Notes under the pieces: model-generated
Databases searched by the model: none
Seen by the model: the letters and a program-made list of their open reading frames with translations, nothing else
Told to the model about the DNA's origin: nothing
NCBI GenBank assembly: GCA_963771275.1
Contig: CAVYSW010000003.1
Location: forward strand, 1,792,001-1,856,000
Origin: an uncultured Gemmatimonadales bacterium
GTDB lineage: Bacteria > Gemmatimonadota > Gemmatimonadetes > Gemmatimonadales > GWC2-71-9
DNA length: 64,000 nucleotides
Reading direction: 5' to 3'
Translations under genes and position numbers: made by a program
Part shown: positions 54,547-64,000 of the stretch, in pieces
How positions within the stretch are numbered: the stretch's first letter is position 1
How the letters are laid out: each line of letters begins with the position of its first letter

Positions 54547-55538
54547 TTCGGCTTGTTCTCCTTGAAGGCGGCGGCAAACGCGCTGGCCGCGCGCTTGGCG
54601 GCCTCCGCCACCTCGACCGCTACGTCGCGCGCCTCCTTCACATAGTGGCTGGCCGCGTCGCCCAGGTCGTCCGTGTAGGGCCGTTGCTGCTGCTCGGCGC
54701 CGCGGTGCGCGTAGTCACCGGCCAGCACTTTCGCGTAGGTACCGCCCTCGACCCAGCGCTTGAGCTCGGCCGCGCGCAGCGTGTTGAACGGGTGGGTCAT
54801 GGAGAGCGTGTTGAGGATCTTGTAGATCGCGTCCAGCGGCCCGCCGCTCGCCTCGTATTCCTTGGCCTGCTCGAGGAACGCGGCGAGGTCCATGTCCTTC
54901 ATCGAGCCGCCGCCCGCGAACTTGAGGAACAGCCGCGTGGATGCCACCTCGTCCTGGCTGGCCAGCAGGCCGGCGCGGTCGGCGGACAGCTCGCTCTTCC
55001 GGTACCACTCGAGCAGAGCGAGCTTGATCGGCAGCAGCGCGATGCCCGCGAGGAACGGCAGGTTCTGGAATCCCAGCTCCAGCAGCAGCACGGTGATGGT
55101 GCGGTACAGCGCGTGTCCGCTCATCACGTGACCCAGCTCGTGCCCGATCAGCACCCGCAGCTCGTCCTCGTCGAGCAGGGCGACGGCCCCCGAATTGAGC
55201 ACGATGAACGGATGCTCGAAGCCCACGGCCCCGGCGTTCACCATGGGGGTCTGCGTGACGTACAGCTCGGGCTGATCCGACCAGTCCATCGTGGTGCAGA
55301 CCTCGCCGAGCAGCGTGTGCAACCGGGAGAACTGTTGCGGACCGCAACGCACGGCGTTCGCCTGGAACAGCAATCGGATGCCGCGCTCCCCGAAGAACCC
55401 GAAGATGCGCTTCACCGCCTCGTCGAAGCCGGGCACCTTGCGCAGGGCGTTCAAGGCCGCGCGGTCGGCCGGGTGTTCCCAGGCGTCCGGGGCGATCTGG
55501 GTGAGGACCACGCGTGACTCGCTCATACCTGCCTCCAC
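54543..55538 (-). CDS. M48-family zinc metallopeptidase
   Basis: IGHELGH, ELSADRAG, THP. Confidence 0.88.
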   Translation of the reverse strand: MEAGMSESRVVLTQIAPDAWEHPADRAALNALRKVPGFDEAVKRIFGFFGERGIRLLFQANAVRCGPQQFSRLHTLLGEVCTTMDWSDQPELYVTQTPMVNAGAVGFEHPFIVLNSGAVALLDEDELRVLIGHELGHVMSGHALYRTITVLLLELGFQNLPFLAGIALLPIKLALLEWYRKSELSADRAGLLASQDEVASTRLFLKFAGGGSMKDMDLAAFLEQAKEYEASGGPLDAIYKILNTLSMTHPFNTLRAAELKRWVEGGTYAKVLAGDYAHRGAEQQQRPYTDDLGDAASHYVKEARDVAVEVAEAAKRAASAFAAAFKENKPK

Positions 55539-55602
55539 ATACCGTAGACGATCGACGCCAGGAGACTCTTACCCGACCGTACGGCCGGCCGCGATCCGGG
55601 TT

Positions 55603-56787
55603 TCACCGCCGCGCGCCGTCCGTGCGGGCGAGCGCCCGGTCGAGGTCCGCGAGCAGGTCGTCGGTGTCCTCGACGCCCACGGAAAGCCGCACGAGTCCGT
55701 CCGTGAGGCCCATGGCGTCGCGCATCTCGCGCGGGACGCTCGCGTGCGTCATCGACGCCGGATGGCCGATCAGGCTCTCCACGCCACCCAGCGACTCCGC
55801 CAGGGAGAACAGCGTGACCGATTCGACGAAGCGCCGTGCCCGGTCGAGCGAGCCCAGCTCCAGGGAGATCATGCCGCCGAACCCGCGCATCTGGCGGCAC
55901 GCCAGCGCGTACTGCTCGTGGGTCGGCAGCCCGGGGTAGTACACCTTCCGCACCACCGGGTGCTCGGCCAGGACTGCGGCGATCTTCCGGCCCGACGCGT
56001 CGTGCTGCCGCATGCGCAGCGCCAGGGTCTTGGTGCCGCGCAGCGTGAGCCAGCAGTCCATCGGGCCCGGGACGGCGCCGGCCGCGTTCTGCAGGAATCC
56101 CAGCTGCTCGGCCAGATCGTCGCGCGACGTGACCACGACTCCGCCGACCATGTCGCTGTGGCCGTTGAGGTACTTGGTCGTGGAGTGCACCACGAGATCG
56201 GCGCCGAACTCGATGGGGTTCTGGAAGTAGGGCGTCGCGAACGTGTTGTCGACCGCGAGCAGCAGCCCCCGCGCGCGGGTCCACGCGCCGACCGCGGCCA
56301 GATCCGTCAGCCGCATCATCGGGTTGGTCGGTGTCTCGATGAAGATGAGGCGGGTGCGGTCGGTGGCGGCGGCCTCGATCGCCGCGACGTCGCGCGTGTC
56401 CACGAATGTGAAGGTCAGGCCGAGGCGGGTGAACACCCGCTGCATCAGGCGGTGCGTGCCGCCATAGACGTTCTCGCCGCAGATCACGTGATCGCCGGCC
56501 GAGAGCAGCTTGAGGACGGCGTCCGTCGCCGCCAGGCCCGAGGCCCACGCGAAGCCGTAGCGGGCGCCTTCCAGCGCGGCCAGGTTCCGCTCCAGGGCGT
56601 CCCGCGTGGGGTTGCGCGTGCGGGCGTACTCGAAGCCCTTGTGGCGCCCGAGACCGTCCTGCACGTAGGTCGAGGTCTGGTAGATCGGCGTCATGATGGC
56701 GCCGGTCGTGGGATCGGGGGCCTGACCGGCGTGGATCGCTCGGGTGGCGAAGCCGTGCCGGAGATCGTCGTCGGAGGCGCGGGCCAT
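55603..56787 (-). CDS. Cystathionine gamma-synthase/lyase (PLP trans-sulfuration enzyme)
   Basis: PIYQTSTY, YARTRNPT, ETPTNP, DNTFATP, HSTTKYLNGHSD, AESLGGVESL. Confidence 0.93.
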   Translation of the reverse strand: MARASDDDLRHGFATRAIHAGQAPDPTTGAIMTPIYQTSTYVQDGLGRHKGFEYARTRNPTRDALERNLAALEGARYGFAWASGLAATDAVLKLLSAGDHVICGENVYGGTHRLMQRVFTRLGLTFTFVDTRDVAAIEAAATDRTRLIFIETPTNPMMRLTDLAAVGAWTRARGLLLAVDNTFATPYFQNPIEFGADLVVHSTTKYLNGHSDMVGGVVVTSRDDLAEQLGFLQNAAGAVPGPMDCWLTLRGTKTLALRMRQHDASGRKIAAVLAEHPVVRKVYYPGLPTHEQYALACRQMRGFGGMISLELGSLDRARRFVESVTLFSLAESLGGVESLIGHPASMTHASVPREMRDAMGLTDGLVRLSVGVEDTDDLLADLDRALARTDGARR

Positions 56788-56887
56788 AGGGCTCGTGGGG
56801 TCGGGGCTCCGGGAACCTAGCTCCGCGGCGTCGCGAGCGGCAAGCGATCGCCTTGAAGCCGGTCAGGCGGACGGCTACGTTCCCGCG

Positions 56888-57991
56888 ATGCCTGTGGACG
56901 CCCGGGTGCGCTGTCTGGTGGTCGAGGACAGCGAGTCGCTGCGCACCGCCGTGGTGCGGGGCCTCACGCTGATGGGCTGCGAGTGCCGGCAGGCGGCGTC
57001 CGGGCGCGCGGCGCTCGCGTCGCTCGCGCGCGACCCCGACATCGACGTCCTGATCTCGGACATCCGGATGCCGGAGCTCGACGGCGTCGAGCTGCTGGCG
57101 GCGGTGCGCGAGCGCTACCCCGACACGGCCGTCGTGATGCTGACCGGCGTGGCCGACGTCGACACGGCGGTCGAGTGCCTCCAGGCGGGCGCCTACGACT
57201 ACATCGTCAAGCCGTTCCAGCTCGCGCAGCTCCACATGCGCATCCAGCACGCCCTCGAGAAGCGTCGCCTGACGCTGGAGAACCGGCGCTACCAGGCGCA
57301 CCTGGCCGAGCTGGTGCAGCAGCAGGGCGCCCGCATCGAAGAGCTGTTTCTCGAAGGCATCCAGTCGATCGTCCACGCGCTCGAGGCGAAGGACGGCTAC
57401 ACCCAGGGCCACTCGGCGCGGGTGGCGGAGTACGCGGTGGCGACCGCCCGCCAGCTCGGGCTCGAGGCGGAGCTGATTCAGCTCATCGAGCTCGGCGCCG
57501 AGCTGCACGACGTCGGCAAGATCGGCGTCGACGACGCGATCCTCCATCGGGCCGGACCCCTCACCCCCGACGAGTACGAGCACGTGCAGCAGCACACCGT
57601 GATCGGCGCCCGGATCCTGCAGCCGCTGCTCAAGCACGCGAAGCCGGCACTCGATATCGTGCGGTCGCATCACGAGCGCATCGACGGCGGCGGATTGCCC
57701 GACGGGCTGCGCGGCGAGGCCATTCCGTTTCACGCGCGGCTCGTCGCCGTGGTCGACGCGTTCGACGCGATGACCACCGCCCGATCGTACCGGGCCGGCA
57801 TGACGCCGGGGGAAGCGATGAGGGAGCTGCGGGCGAACGCCGGCCGGCAGTTCGACGCCCGCGCGATCGACGCGTTCGCGGCGGCCTACCCCGGCCTGGC
57901 CGGGCTGCCCATCGCGACGCCGCCGCCCCACCCGCGCGCGTTCTCGCGCCGCGTTTCGGGGGCCGTGCCGGTGCCCGGCGAGCCGCGATGA
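56888..57991 (+). CDS. Response regulator with HD-GYP phosphodiesterase domain (RpfG-like)
   Basis: ISDIRMP receiver; GHSARV, LHDVGKIG, HHERIDGGGLP, DAFDAMT..RSYR. Confidence 0.92.
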   Translation: MPVDARVRCLVVEDSESLRTAVVRGLTLMGCECRQAASGRAALASLARDPDIDVLISDIRMPELDGVELLAAVRERYPDTAVVMLTGVADVDTAVECLQAGAYDYIVKPFQLAQLHMRIQHALEKRRLTLENRRYQAHLAELVQQQGARIEELFLEGIQSIVHALEAKDGYTQGHSARVAEYAVATARQLGLEAELIQLIELGAELHDVGKIGVDDAILHRAGPLTPDEYEHVQQHTVIGARILQPLLKHAKPALDIVRSHHERIDGGGLPDGLRGEAIPFHARLVAVVDAFDAMTTARSYRAGMTPGEAMRELRANAGRQFDARAIDAFAAAYPGLAGLPIATPPPHPRAFSRRVSGAVPVPGEPR

Positions 57992-59376
57992 CGGCGCCCG
58001 GGGGCGGCGCGACGCTCATGGTGTCCGTCTCGGGGGTGCGCGGCATCGTCGGCACGGACCTCACGCCCGAGCTCGTGGCGCGGTACGCCGCGGCGTTCGG
58101 CGCGATCGCCCGCGCCGCGGGACGCCCGGTGGTGGTGCTCGGGCGCGACGCCCGCACGTCGGGTCCGATGCTCGCCGCCGCCGCCCGCGCGGGGCTGCAA
58201 GCGGCGGGCTGCCGGGTCATCGACTGCGGTCTGGTGCCCACGCCCACGGTGCAGCTCGCGGTCGAGCACCACGGTGCGGGCGGCGGCATCGTCATCACGG
58301 CGAGCCACAACCCGATCGAATGGAACGCGCTCAAGTTCGTGGGGTCGGATGGGCTGTTCCTCGATGGGGAGGCCGCGGCGCGCTTGTGGGCGGCGGCGGC
58401 CGGCGCGATTCCCTACGCGGACTGGGCGGGGCTGGGCGGCCTGACGGAGGATCGCGACGCGGTGCGGCGGCACCTGGACCGGGTGCTGGACCTGTCCGTC
58501 GTCGACGTCGCGGCCATCCGGCGGCGGCGTTACACGGTGGCCCTGGACTGCGTGCGCGGCGCGGGCGGCACGGTCATGCCGCAGCTGCTCGAGGACCTGG
58601 GGTGCGCGGTCGTGGCGATGGACGTGGAGACCGACGGGCGGTTTCCCCGCCCGCCGGAGCCGGTGCCCGGGAATCTCGGGGGGCTGGGCGATCTCGTGCG
58701 GCGCTCGGGCGCCGCCCTCGGCGTGGCCGTCGACCCCGACGTCGATCGGCTGGCGATCGTGGACGAGCACGGCACGGCGATCGGCGAGGATTACACGCTC
58801 GCGTTCGCCGTCGAGACCGTGCTGCGGCGCGTGCCCGGTCCCGTGGTCGTGAATCTCTCGACGTCGCTCGTGGTGGACGATGCCGCCCGGCCGTTCGGCG
58901 CGACGGTGCAGCGGGCTCCGGTGGGCGAGGCGAACGTCGCGCGGGCGATGCAGGCGGCCGGTGCGGTCGTGGGCGGTGAGGGGAACGGGGGGGTCATGCT
59001 CCCCGCGCTCCACCTCGGGCGCGACGCGCCGCTCGCCGCGGCGCTGGTCCTCGACCTCCTGGCGTCGGGGACGGCGCCGGTCTCGGGCCGCGTCGCGGCG
59101 CGTCCCCGGTACGCGATCGTCAAGGCGAAGGCGCCGCGCGGGTCGGACCTCGCGGGGGCGTACGACGCGCTCGAGCGTCGCTTCGCCGATGCGGCCGTGG
59201 ATCGTCAGGACGGGCTGCGGCTGGCGTGGCCCGACCGTTGGCTGCATGTGCGCCCGTCCGGGACCGAGCCGATCGTGCGGCTGATCGCGGAGGCGCCGGG
59301 TGCGCGGGCCGCTGAGGACCTGATCGCCGCCGGTCGGGCGGTGTTGGGCCGGATGGCGGGGGAGGGTGGCGACTGA
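57988..59376 (+). CDS. glmM: Phosphoglucosamine mutase / phosphohexomutase
   Basis: SGVRG, TASHNP, DPDVDR, GGEGNGG, RPSGTEP; directly upstream of glmS. Confidence 0.85.
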   Translation: MTAPGGGATLMVSVSGVRGIVGTDLTPELVARYAAAFGAIARAAGRPVVVLGRDARTSGPMLAAAARAGLQAAGCRVIDCGLVPTPTVQLAVEHHGAGGGIVITASHNPIEWNALKFVGSDGLFLDGEAAARLWAAAAGAIPYADWAGLGGLTEDRDAVRRHLDRVLDLSVVDVAAIRRRRYTVALDCVRGAGGTVMPQLLEDLGCAVVAMDVETDGRFPRPPEPVPGNLGGLGDLVRRSGAALGVAVDPDVDRLAIVDEHGTAIGEDYTLAFAVETVLRRVPGPVVVNLSTSLVVDDAARPFGATVQRAPVGEANVARAMQAAGAVVGGEGNGGVMLPALHLGRDAPLAAALVLDLLASGTAPVSGRVAARPRYAIVKAKAPRGSDLAGAYDALERRFADAAVDRQDGLRLAWPDRWLHVRPSGTEPIVRLIAEAPGARAAEDLIAAGRAVLGRMAGEGGD

Positions 59377-61202
59377 TGTGCGGCATCGTGGGATACGTCG
59401 GACCGCGGCAGGCGGGGCCCATCGTGCTCGAGGCGCTGAAGCGCCTGGAATACCGCGGCTACGATTCGGCGGGCCTGGCCGTGGTGGACGGCGGGACCCT
59501 CACCGTCGAGAAGGCGGTGGGGCACATCGCGGCCCTGGAGCGGCGGCTCGCCGGTCGCGTCCCGGCCGGACATGTGGCGATCGCGCACACGCGGTGGGCC
59601 ACGCACGGCGCGCCCAGCGAGGCGAACGCGCATCCCCATACGGACTGCGGCGGCACGATCGCCCTGGCGCACAACGGCATCATCGAGAACGCCGGCACCC
59701 TGCGCGCGCGCCTGGCGGAGCGCGGGCACCGGTTCCGGTCCGAGACCGACACGGAGGTCGTGGCGCACCTGATCGAGGAGCTGTACCGCGACTCGTTGGC
59801 GGACGCCGTGATCGCGGCGCTCCGCTCGATCGAAGGCACGTACGGCCTCGCCGTCGTGTCGACGCGCGAGCCCGGGACCATCGTCGCGGCGCGCATGGGC
59901 TCGCCGATCCTCATCGGGATCGGCGACGGCGAGCACTTCGTGGCGTCCGACGCGGCGGCCGTGCTGGACCACACCCGCTCGGTGATCTACCTCGACGACG
60001 GTGAGGTCGCGGCCCTGCGCGCCGACGGCTACCGCATCCTCGATCGGGCGACGGCGCCGGTCGAGAAAGCGATCCGCACCATCGAGTGGGACCTCGGGGT
60101 GGTGGAGCGGAGCGGGCACGCGCACTTCATGCTCAAGGAGATCATGGAACAGCCCGAGAGCATCGGGAATACGCTGCGCGGCCGCCTGCTCGAAGACTAC
60201 GGCGGGGCCCACCTGGGCGGGCTCAACCTGTCCGAGGGCGAGCTGCTCGACGTCGATCGCATCGTGCTCACGGCGTGCGGGACCTCGTGGCACGCCGCGC
60301 TGATCGGCGAGTACCTGCTCGAGGAGCTGGCGCGCATCCCGTGCGAAGTCGAGTACGCGTCCGAGTTCCGCTACCGCAACCCGCTGGTGGACGAGAACAC
60401 GCTGGTGATCGGCCTTTCGCAGAGCGGCGAGACCGCCGACACGCTGGCGGCCATCCGGGAGGCGCGGCAGCGGGGCGCGCGCACGGTCGGCATCGTGAAC
60501 GTGGTCGGCTCGACGATCGCGCAGGAAGTCGACGGGGGCATCTACCTGCATGCCGGGCCCGAGATCGGCGTCGCGAGCACCAAGGCGTTCACGTCGCAGG
60601 TCGTCGCGCTGGCGCTGCTCACGCTCTACATCGGCCGGCTGCGCGCCCTGTCGGTCCTGCAGGGCCGGGAGCTGGTCCGGGCGCTGCGGCGGCTGCCGGA
60701 GCAGGTCGCGCAGGTGCTGGCGCGGGCGCCCGAGGTGCAGGACATCGCCGAGCGGTTCGTGCGGGCGCCCAACGCGCTGTATCTCGGTCGCGGCTACAAC
60801 TTCCCGGTCGCGCTCGAGGGCGCGCTGAAGCTGAAGGAGATCTCCTACATCCACGCGGAAGGCTACCCCGCCGCGGAGATGAAGCACGGCCCGATCGCGC
60901 TGATCGACGACATGATGCCGGTGGTGGTGGTGGCCCCGCGCGACGGCACCTACCAGAAGATCGTGTCCAACGTGCAGGAGGTGAAGGCGCGCGGCGGGCA
61001 CGTGATCGCGGTGGTCACCGAAGGAGATGACGAGATCACCCGCCTGGCGGACCACGTGATCGCGATCCCCGAGACGCTCGATCCCCTGACCCCGATCCTG
61101 ACCGTCCTGCCGCTGCAGATGCTGGCGTACGACATCGCCGTGCGGCGGGGCTGCAACGTGGACAAGCCAAGAAACCTGGCGAAATCCGTCACCGTCGAAT
61201 GA
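59376..61202 (+). CDS. glmS: Glutamine--fructose-6-phosphate transaminase
   Basis: [42 protein letters not shown]. Confidence 0.98.
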   Translation: MCGIVGYVGPRQAGPIVLEALKRLEYRGYDSAGLAVVDGGTLTVEKAVGHIAALERRLAGRVPAGHVAIAHTRWATHGAPSEANAHPHTDCGGTIALAHNGIIENAGTLRARLAERGHRFRSETDTEVVAHLIEELYRDSLADAVIAALRSIEGTYGLAVVSTREPGTIVAARMGSPILIGIGDGEHFVASDAAAVLDHTRSVIYLDDGEVAALRADGYRILDRATAPVEKAIRTIEWDLGVVERSGHAHFMLKEIMEQPESIGNTLRGRLLEDYGGAHLGGLNLSEGELLDVDRIVLTACGTSWHAALIGEYLLEELARIPCEVEYASEFRYRNPLVDENTLVIGLSQSGETADTLAAIREARQRGARTVGIVNVVGSTIAQEVDGGIYLHAGPEIGVASTKAFTSQVVALALLTLYIGRLRALSVLQGRELVRALRRLPEQVAQVLARAPEVQDIAERFVRAPNALYLGRGYNFPVALEGALKLKEISYIHAEGYPAAEMKHGPIALIDDMMPVVVVAPRDGTYQKIVSNVQEVKARGGHVIAVVTEGDDEITRLADHVIAIPETLDPLTPILTVLPLQMLAYDIAVRRGCNVDKPRNLAKSVTVE

Positions 61203-61636
61203 GGGTCGTGCTCCAGCGCGTCGCCCGCGCCGTTGTAAGGGTGGACGGGCGGGTCGTGGGCGAGATCGAGCGCGGCTTCCTCGTGCTGGCCGGCTTTACG
61301 GCCGGTGACACCGACGACACGGTGGCGTGGATGGCGGAGAAGATCGCCGGCCTCAGGGTGTTCCCGGACGACGAGGGCAAGATGAACCGCGCGCTGGACG
61401 AGATCGGCGGGGCCGCGCTCGTGGTCTCGCAGTTCACCCTCTACGGCGACGCCCGCAAGGGGCGGCGGCCCTCGTTCGTCGACGCCGCGCCGCCGGCCGT
61501 GGCCGAGCCGCTGTACGAGGGCCTCGCCGACGCGCTTACCGCGCGCGGCATCCCCGTGGCGCGCGGCGTGTTCGGCGCGGTGATGGCCGTCGAGCTGGTG
61601 AACGACGGGCCCGTCACGCTGATCCTCGAGCGATGA
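61199..61636 (+). CDS. dtd: D-aminoacyl-tRNA deacylase
   Basis: QRV, VSQFTL, KGRRPSF, NDGPVT. Confidence 0.95.
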   Translation: MRVVLQRVARAVVRVDGRVVGEIERGFLVLAGFTAGDTDDTVAWMAEKIAGLRVFPDDEGKMNRALDEIGGAALVVSQFTLYGDARKGRRPSFVDAAPPAVAEPLYEGLADALTARGIPVARGVFGAVMAVELVNDGPVTLILER

Positions 61637-62205
61637 TCGTGCTCGCGTCCGGCTCCCCGCGCCGGACTCAGCTCCTCACCATGCTGGGAATCGCCCACGA
61701 GGTGGATCCGGCGCACGTGGACGAGACGGCGTTGCCCGGCGAGGCCCCGGTGGCGATGGCCGCGCGGCTGGCACGGACCAAGGCGCTCGAGGTCGCGACC
61801 CGCCATCCGGGCCGCGACGTGCTCGCCGCCGACACCGTCGTCGTGCTCGACGGCAGGATCCTCGGCAAGCCGGCGTCGCCGGCGGACGCGGAGCGCATGC
61901 TCGGGCGGCTCGCGGGGCGGGAGCACCGGGTCGTCACGGCGGTGGCGGTCGCGCGCGACGGGCGCGTGTGGGAGCGGTACGACGAGACGAGCGTGTGGTT
62001 CCGACCGCTGGACGACGAGACGATCCGCACGTACGTGGCGACCGGCGAGCCGCTCGACAAGGCGGGCGCCTACGGGCTGCAGGGACTGGGCGCGGTCCTG
62101 GTGGAGCGGATCGCGGGGGACTGCTTCGGCGTGATCGGGCTGCCGCTCCGCCTGGTGGTGGACCTGCTGGCGGAAGCGGGGCGTCCCTATCGCTTCACGC
62201 GGTAG
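61633..62205 (+). CDS. maf: Maf-family nucleotide pyrophosphatase
   Basis: [28 protein letters not shown]. Confidence 0.93.
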   Translation: MIVLASGSPRRTQLLTMLGIAHEVDPAHVDETALPGEAPVAMAARLARTKALEVATRHPGRDVLAADTVVVLDGRILGKPASPADAERMLGRLAGREHRVVTAVAVARDGRVWERYDETSVWFRPLDDETIRTYVATGEPLDKAGAYGLQGLGAVLVERIAGDCFGVIGLPLRLVVDLLAEAGRPYRFTR

Positions 62206-63794
62206 ACCGGGACGGCCTTCGCCTTGCCCTTGAGCTCGATCGGGTCGAGGGCCTCGAGCGGCGGGAGCGTCCGCAGCGCCCGCATGAACGGCTCCGAGAT
62301 CAGGATGTCGCCGGGGCCGGCCTTGGAGCAGAGGCGCGACGCGACGTTCACCGCGTCGCCGATCACCGTGTACTCCAGCCGCTGCTCGCTCCCGATGTTG
62401 CCGGCGAACACCTCGCCGAAGTTGATCCCGATGCCGATCTCGACCCGCTCCCGCCCCTCGGTCTCCCACTTGGCGTTGAGCCGGCCGAGCAGCTGCTGCA
62501 TCTCGAGCGCCGCGCGCATCGCCCGCTCGGCGTCGTCCTCGTGGGCGATCGGCGCGCCCCACAGCGCCATGATCGCGTCTCCCATGAACTTGTCGAGCGT
62601 CCCGCCGTGCTTGAACACGATCTCCACCATCTCGGTGAAGTACTCGGTGAGCAGGTGCGCGATCTCGTCCGGCAGCATCCGCTCCGACATCGGCGTGAAG
62701 CCCCGGATGTCGCTGAAGAAGACCACCACCGGCCGCTTCGCGCCGCCGAGCTGCACGACGCCTTCCTGACTCGCGATCTGCTGGGCCACGTTCGGGGCGA
62801 AGTAGCGCTGGAAGTTGGACAGCACCACGGCCTCGCGCCGCACCCGCTCGGTGAGCTGGCCGTTCTCGATCGCCACGGCCGCGATCCCGGAGAACGCGAT
62901 CAGGAAGTCGAGGTCCTCGTCGGTGAAGGAGTTCGTGGCGGACAGGTTGTCCACGTAGATGATGCCGAGGACCTTCGCCTCGCGGCCCATCAGAGGTGCG
63001 CACATCGCGCTCCGCACGCTCTGCATCACGATCGACTTGCCCTTGAATCGCTCGTCGGTGGCCGCGTTGTCCGTGAGGATCGCGAGGCGCTCCTCGACGG
63101 CCTTCTGCGCGATGGAGCGGGGCACGTGCCGGCTGCCGCCGCCGGCGCCGCCGTCGGCGAGCCGCGTGCGCGACACCCGGGGGATCAGCTCGCGGGAGCT
63201 CGGCTCGACCATCAGGATCGAGACGCGGTCGACGTTCATCACCTGGAACGTGATGTCCACCACCTTGTTGAGCAGCTTGTCCACGTCCTGGTGGCGGGAC
63301 AGTTCCTTGGAGATGTCGAGCAGCACCGAGAGCCCGCGCGCGCGGCGCTCCTCGAGCGACGCGCCTGCGACCTTGAGCGGCGCGGCCCCGCTCGGTCGCT
63401 GGCCGGTGGCCAGCGGCGTGTCGGTGACCGGCACGCGGCGCACGATCGTGGCGCCCGGGGGCGCGGCGGTGAACGACGGCTCGATGGCGGGCTGCGCCGC
63501 GGCCGGCGTCACCTCCCGCACGTGGAACGCGACCTTCCCGAACGTGACGACGTCGCCGTCGACGGCGAGGGCCTCGGTGATGCGCGAGCCGTTGAGGAAC
63601 GTCCCGTTGCTGGAGCCGAGGTCCCGGATCTGCACACCGTTCGGCGCCAGAGCGATCTCGGCGTGCCGCCGCGAGATCGTCGGGTCGTAGATCGGGACGT
63701 CGCTGGTGGCGGCGCGGCCGACCAGGACCGCCACGCCGACGGACAGATCGACCGTCTGGGTGCCGGTCGTCGCGAACAGCTTGAAGGCTCTCAC
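62187..63794 (-). CDS. FHA-GAF-class III adenylate cyclase
   Basis: GR...ISRRHA...DLGSSNGTF (FHA); SAMCAPL, IIYVDN (GAF); [28 protein letters not shown]. Confidence 0.92.
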   Translation of the reverse strand: MRAFKLFATTGTQTVDLSVGVAVLVGRAATSDVPIYDPTISRRHAEIALAPNGVQIRDLGSSNGTFLNGSRITEALAVDGDVVTFGKVAFHVREVTPAAAQPAIEPSFTAAPPGATIVRRVPVTDTPLATGQRPSGAAPLKVAGASLEERRARGLSVLLDISKELSRHQDVDKLLNKVVDITFQVMNVDRVSILMVEPSSRELIPRVSRTRLADGGAGGGSRHVPRSIAQKAVEERLAILTDNAATDERFKGKSIVMQSVRSAMCAPLMGREAKVLGIIYVDNLSATNSFTDEDLDFLIAFSGIAAVAIENGQLTERVRREAVVLSNFQRYFAPNVAQQIASQEGVVQLGGAKRPVVVFFSDIRGFTPMSERMLPDEIAHLLTEYFTEMVEIVFKHGGTLDKFMGDAIMALWGAPIAHEDDAERAMRAALEMQQLLGRLNAKWETEGRERVEIGIGINFGEVFAGNIGSEQRLEYTVIGDAVNVASRLCSKAGPGDILISEPFMRALRTLPPLEALDPIELKGKAKAVPVYRVKR

Positions 63795-64000
63795 GCGGGT
63801 CTCGCTCGGGCGGGGAATATATCCGCCGAGGGGCCGCCCTGCGACGCCATGGCGATCGCGGTCAGCACCGCCCGCGCCTTGCTCTCCGTTTCCGCGAGCT
63901 CGCGCTCCGGGTCGCTGTCGGCCACGATCCCGGCGCCGGCCTGGACGTGCGCCCGGCCGCCCCGCAGCACGGCGGTGCGGATCGTGATGGCCGCGTCCAG
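63791..64000 (-). CDS. trpE: 3' end of anthranilate synthase component I / chorismate-binding enzyme (partial)
   Basis: LDAAITIRT...[23 protein letters not shown]; stop overlaps the cyclase GTG; could be PabB. Confidence 0.8.
   Translation of the reverse strand: MDAAITIRTAVLRGGRAHVQAGAGIVADSDPERELAETESKARAVLTAIAMASQGGPSADIFPARARPA

Noticed and set aside
1..64000. tRNA, rRNA, riboswitch (including the glmS ribozyme) or intact IS/prophage
   Set aside because: None recognised by eye, and glmS is directly coupled to glmM with no leader. A tRNAscan/Rfam/ISfinder run would be needed to exclude short elements.

Overview
High-GC bacterial chromosomal window. Gene content suggests a Gemmatimonadota-like organism (GWxTD/TPR protein, several secreted beta-propellers, guaB/nrnA/mrp and glmM/glmS/dtd/maf blocks); this is inference, not tested. 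I saw no rRNA, tRNA, CRISPR array or intact integrase/transposase. About 18.9-48.4 kb and 50.3-64 kb are mostly housekeeping: corA, etfBA with ETF-QO, a Moco/tungstate cluster, guaB, mscL, an ECF sigma operon, menG, mutM, purD, glmMS, dtd, maf, an adenylate cyclase and partial trpE. Three regions stand out. (1) 0.2-2.75 kb: a four-gene signalling unit (104-aa protein with a PCPPFC motif near its C-terminus, multi-pass membrane protein, NarX-type kinase without a sensor domain, NarL-type regulator) preceded by four 24-bp repeats with a 7-2-7 palindromic core. This is the best candidate for an undescribed, possibly autoinducing, system. (2) 4.7-16.7 kb: an accessory tract of secreted proteins and MNT-HEPN toxin-antitoxin pairs, containing two displaced, diverged copies of the 3' end of the neighbouring S9 peptidase gene, which suggests serial cassette insertion at that gene end. 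(3) 48.4-50.2 kb: a decayed islet with a recombinase remnant, higBA, a truncated secreted protein and a helically phased heptamer array. I also found an unlisted 42-aa Pro/Arg-rich ORF and a recurrent leaderless TANNTT-N5-9-ATG pattern. Product calls come from motif recognition only; no database searches were run, and several start codons are best guesses.
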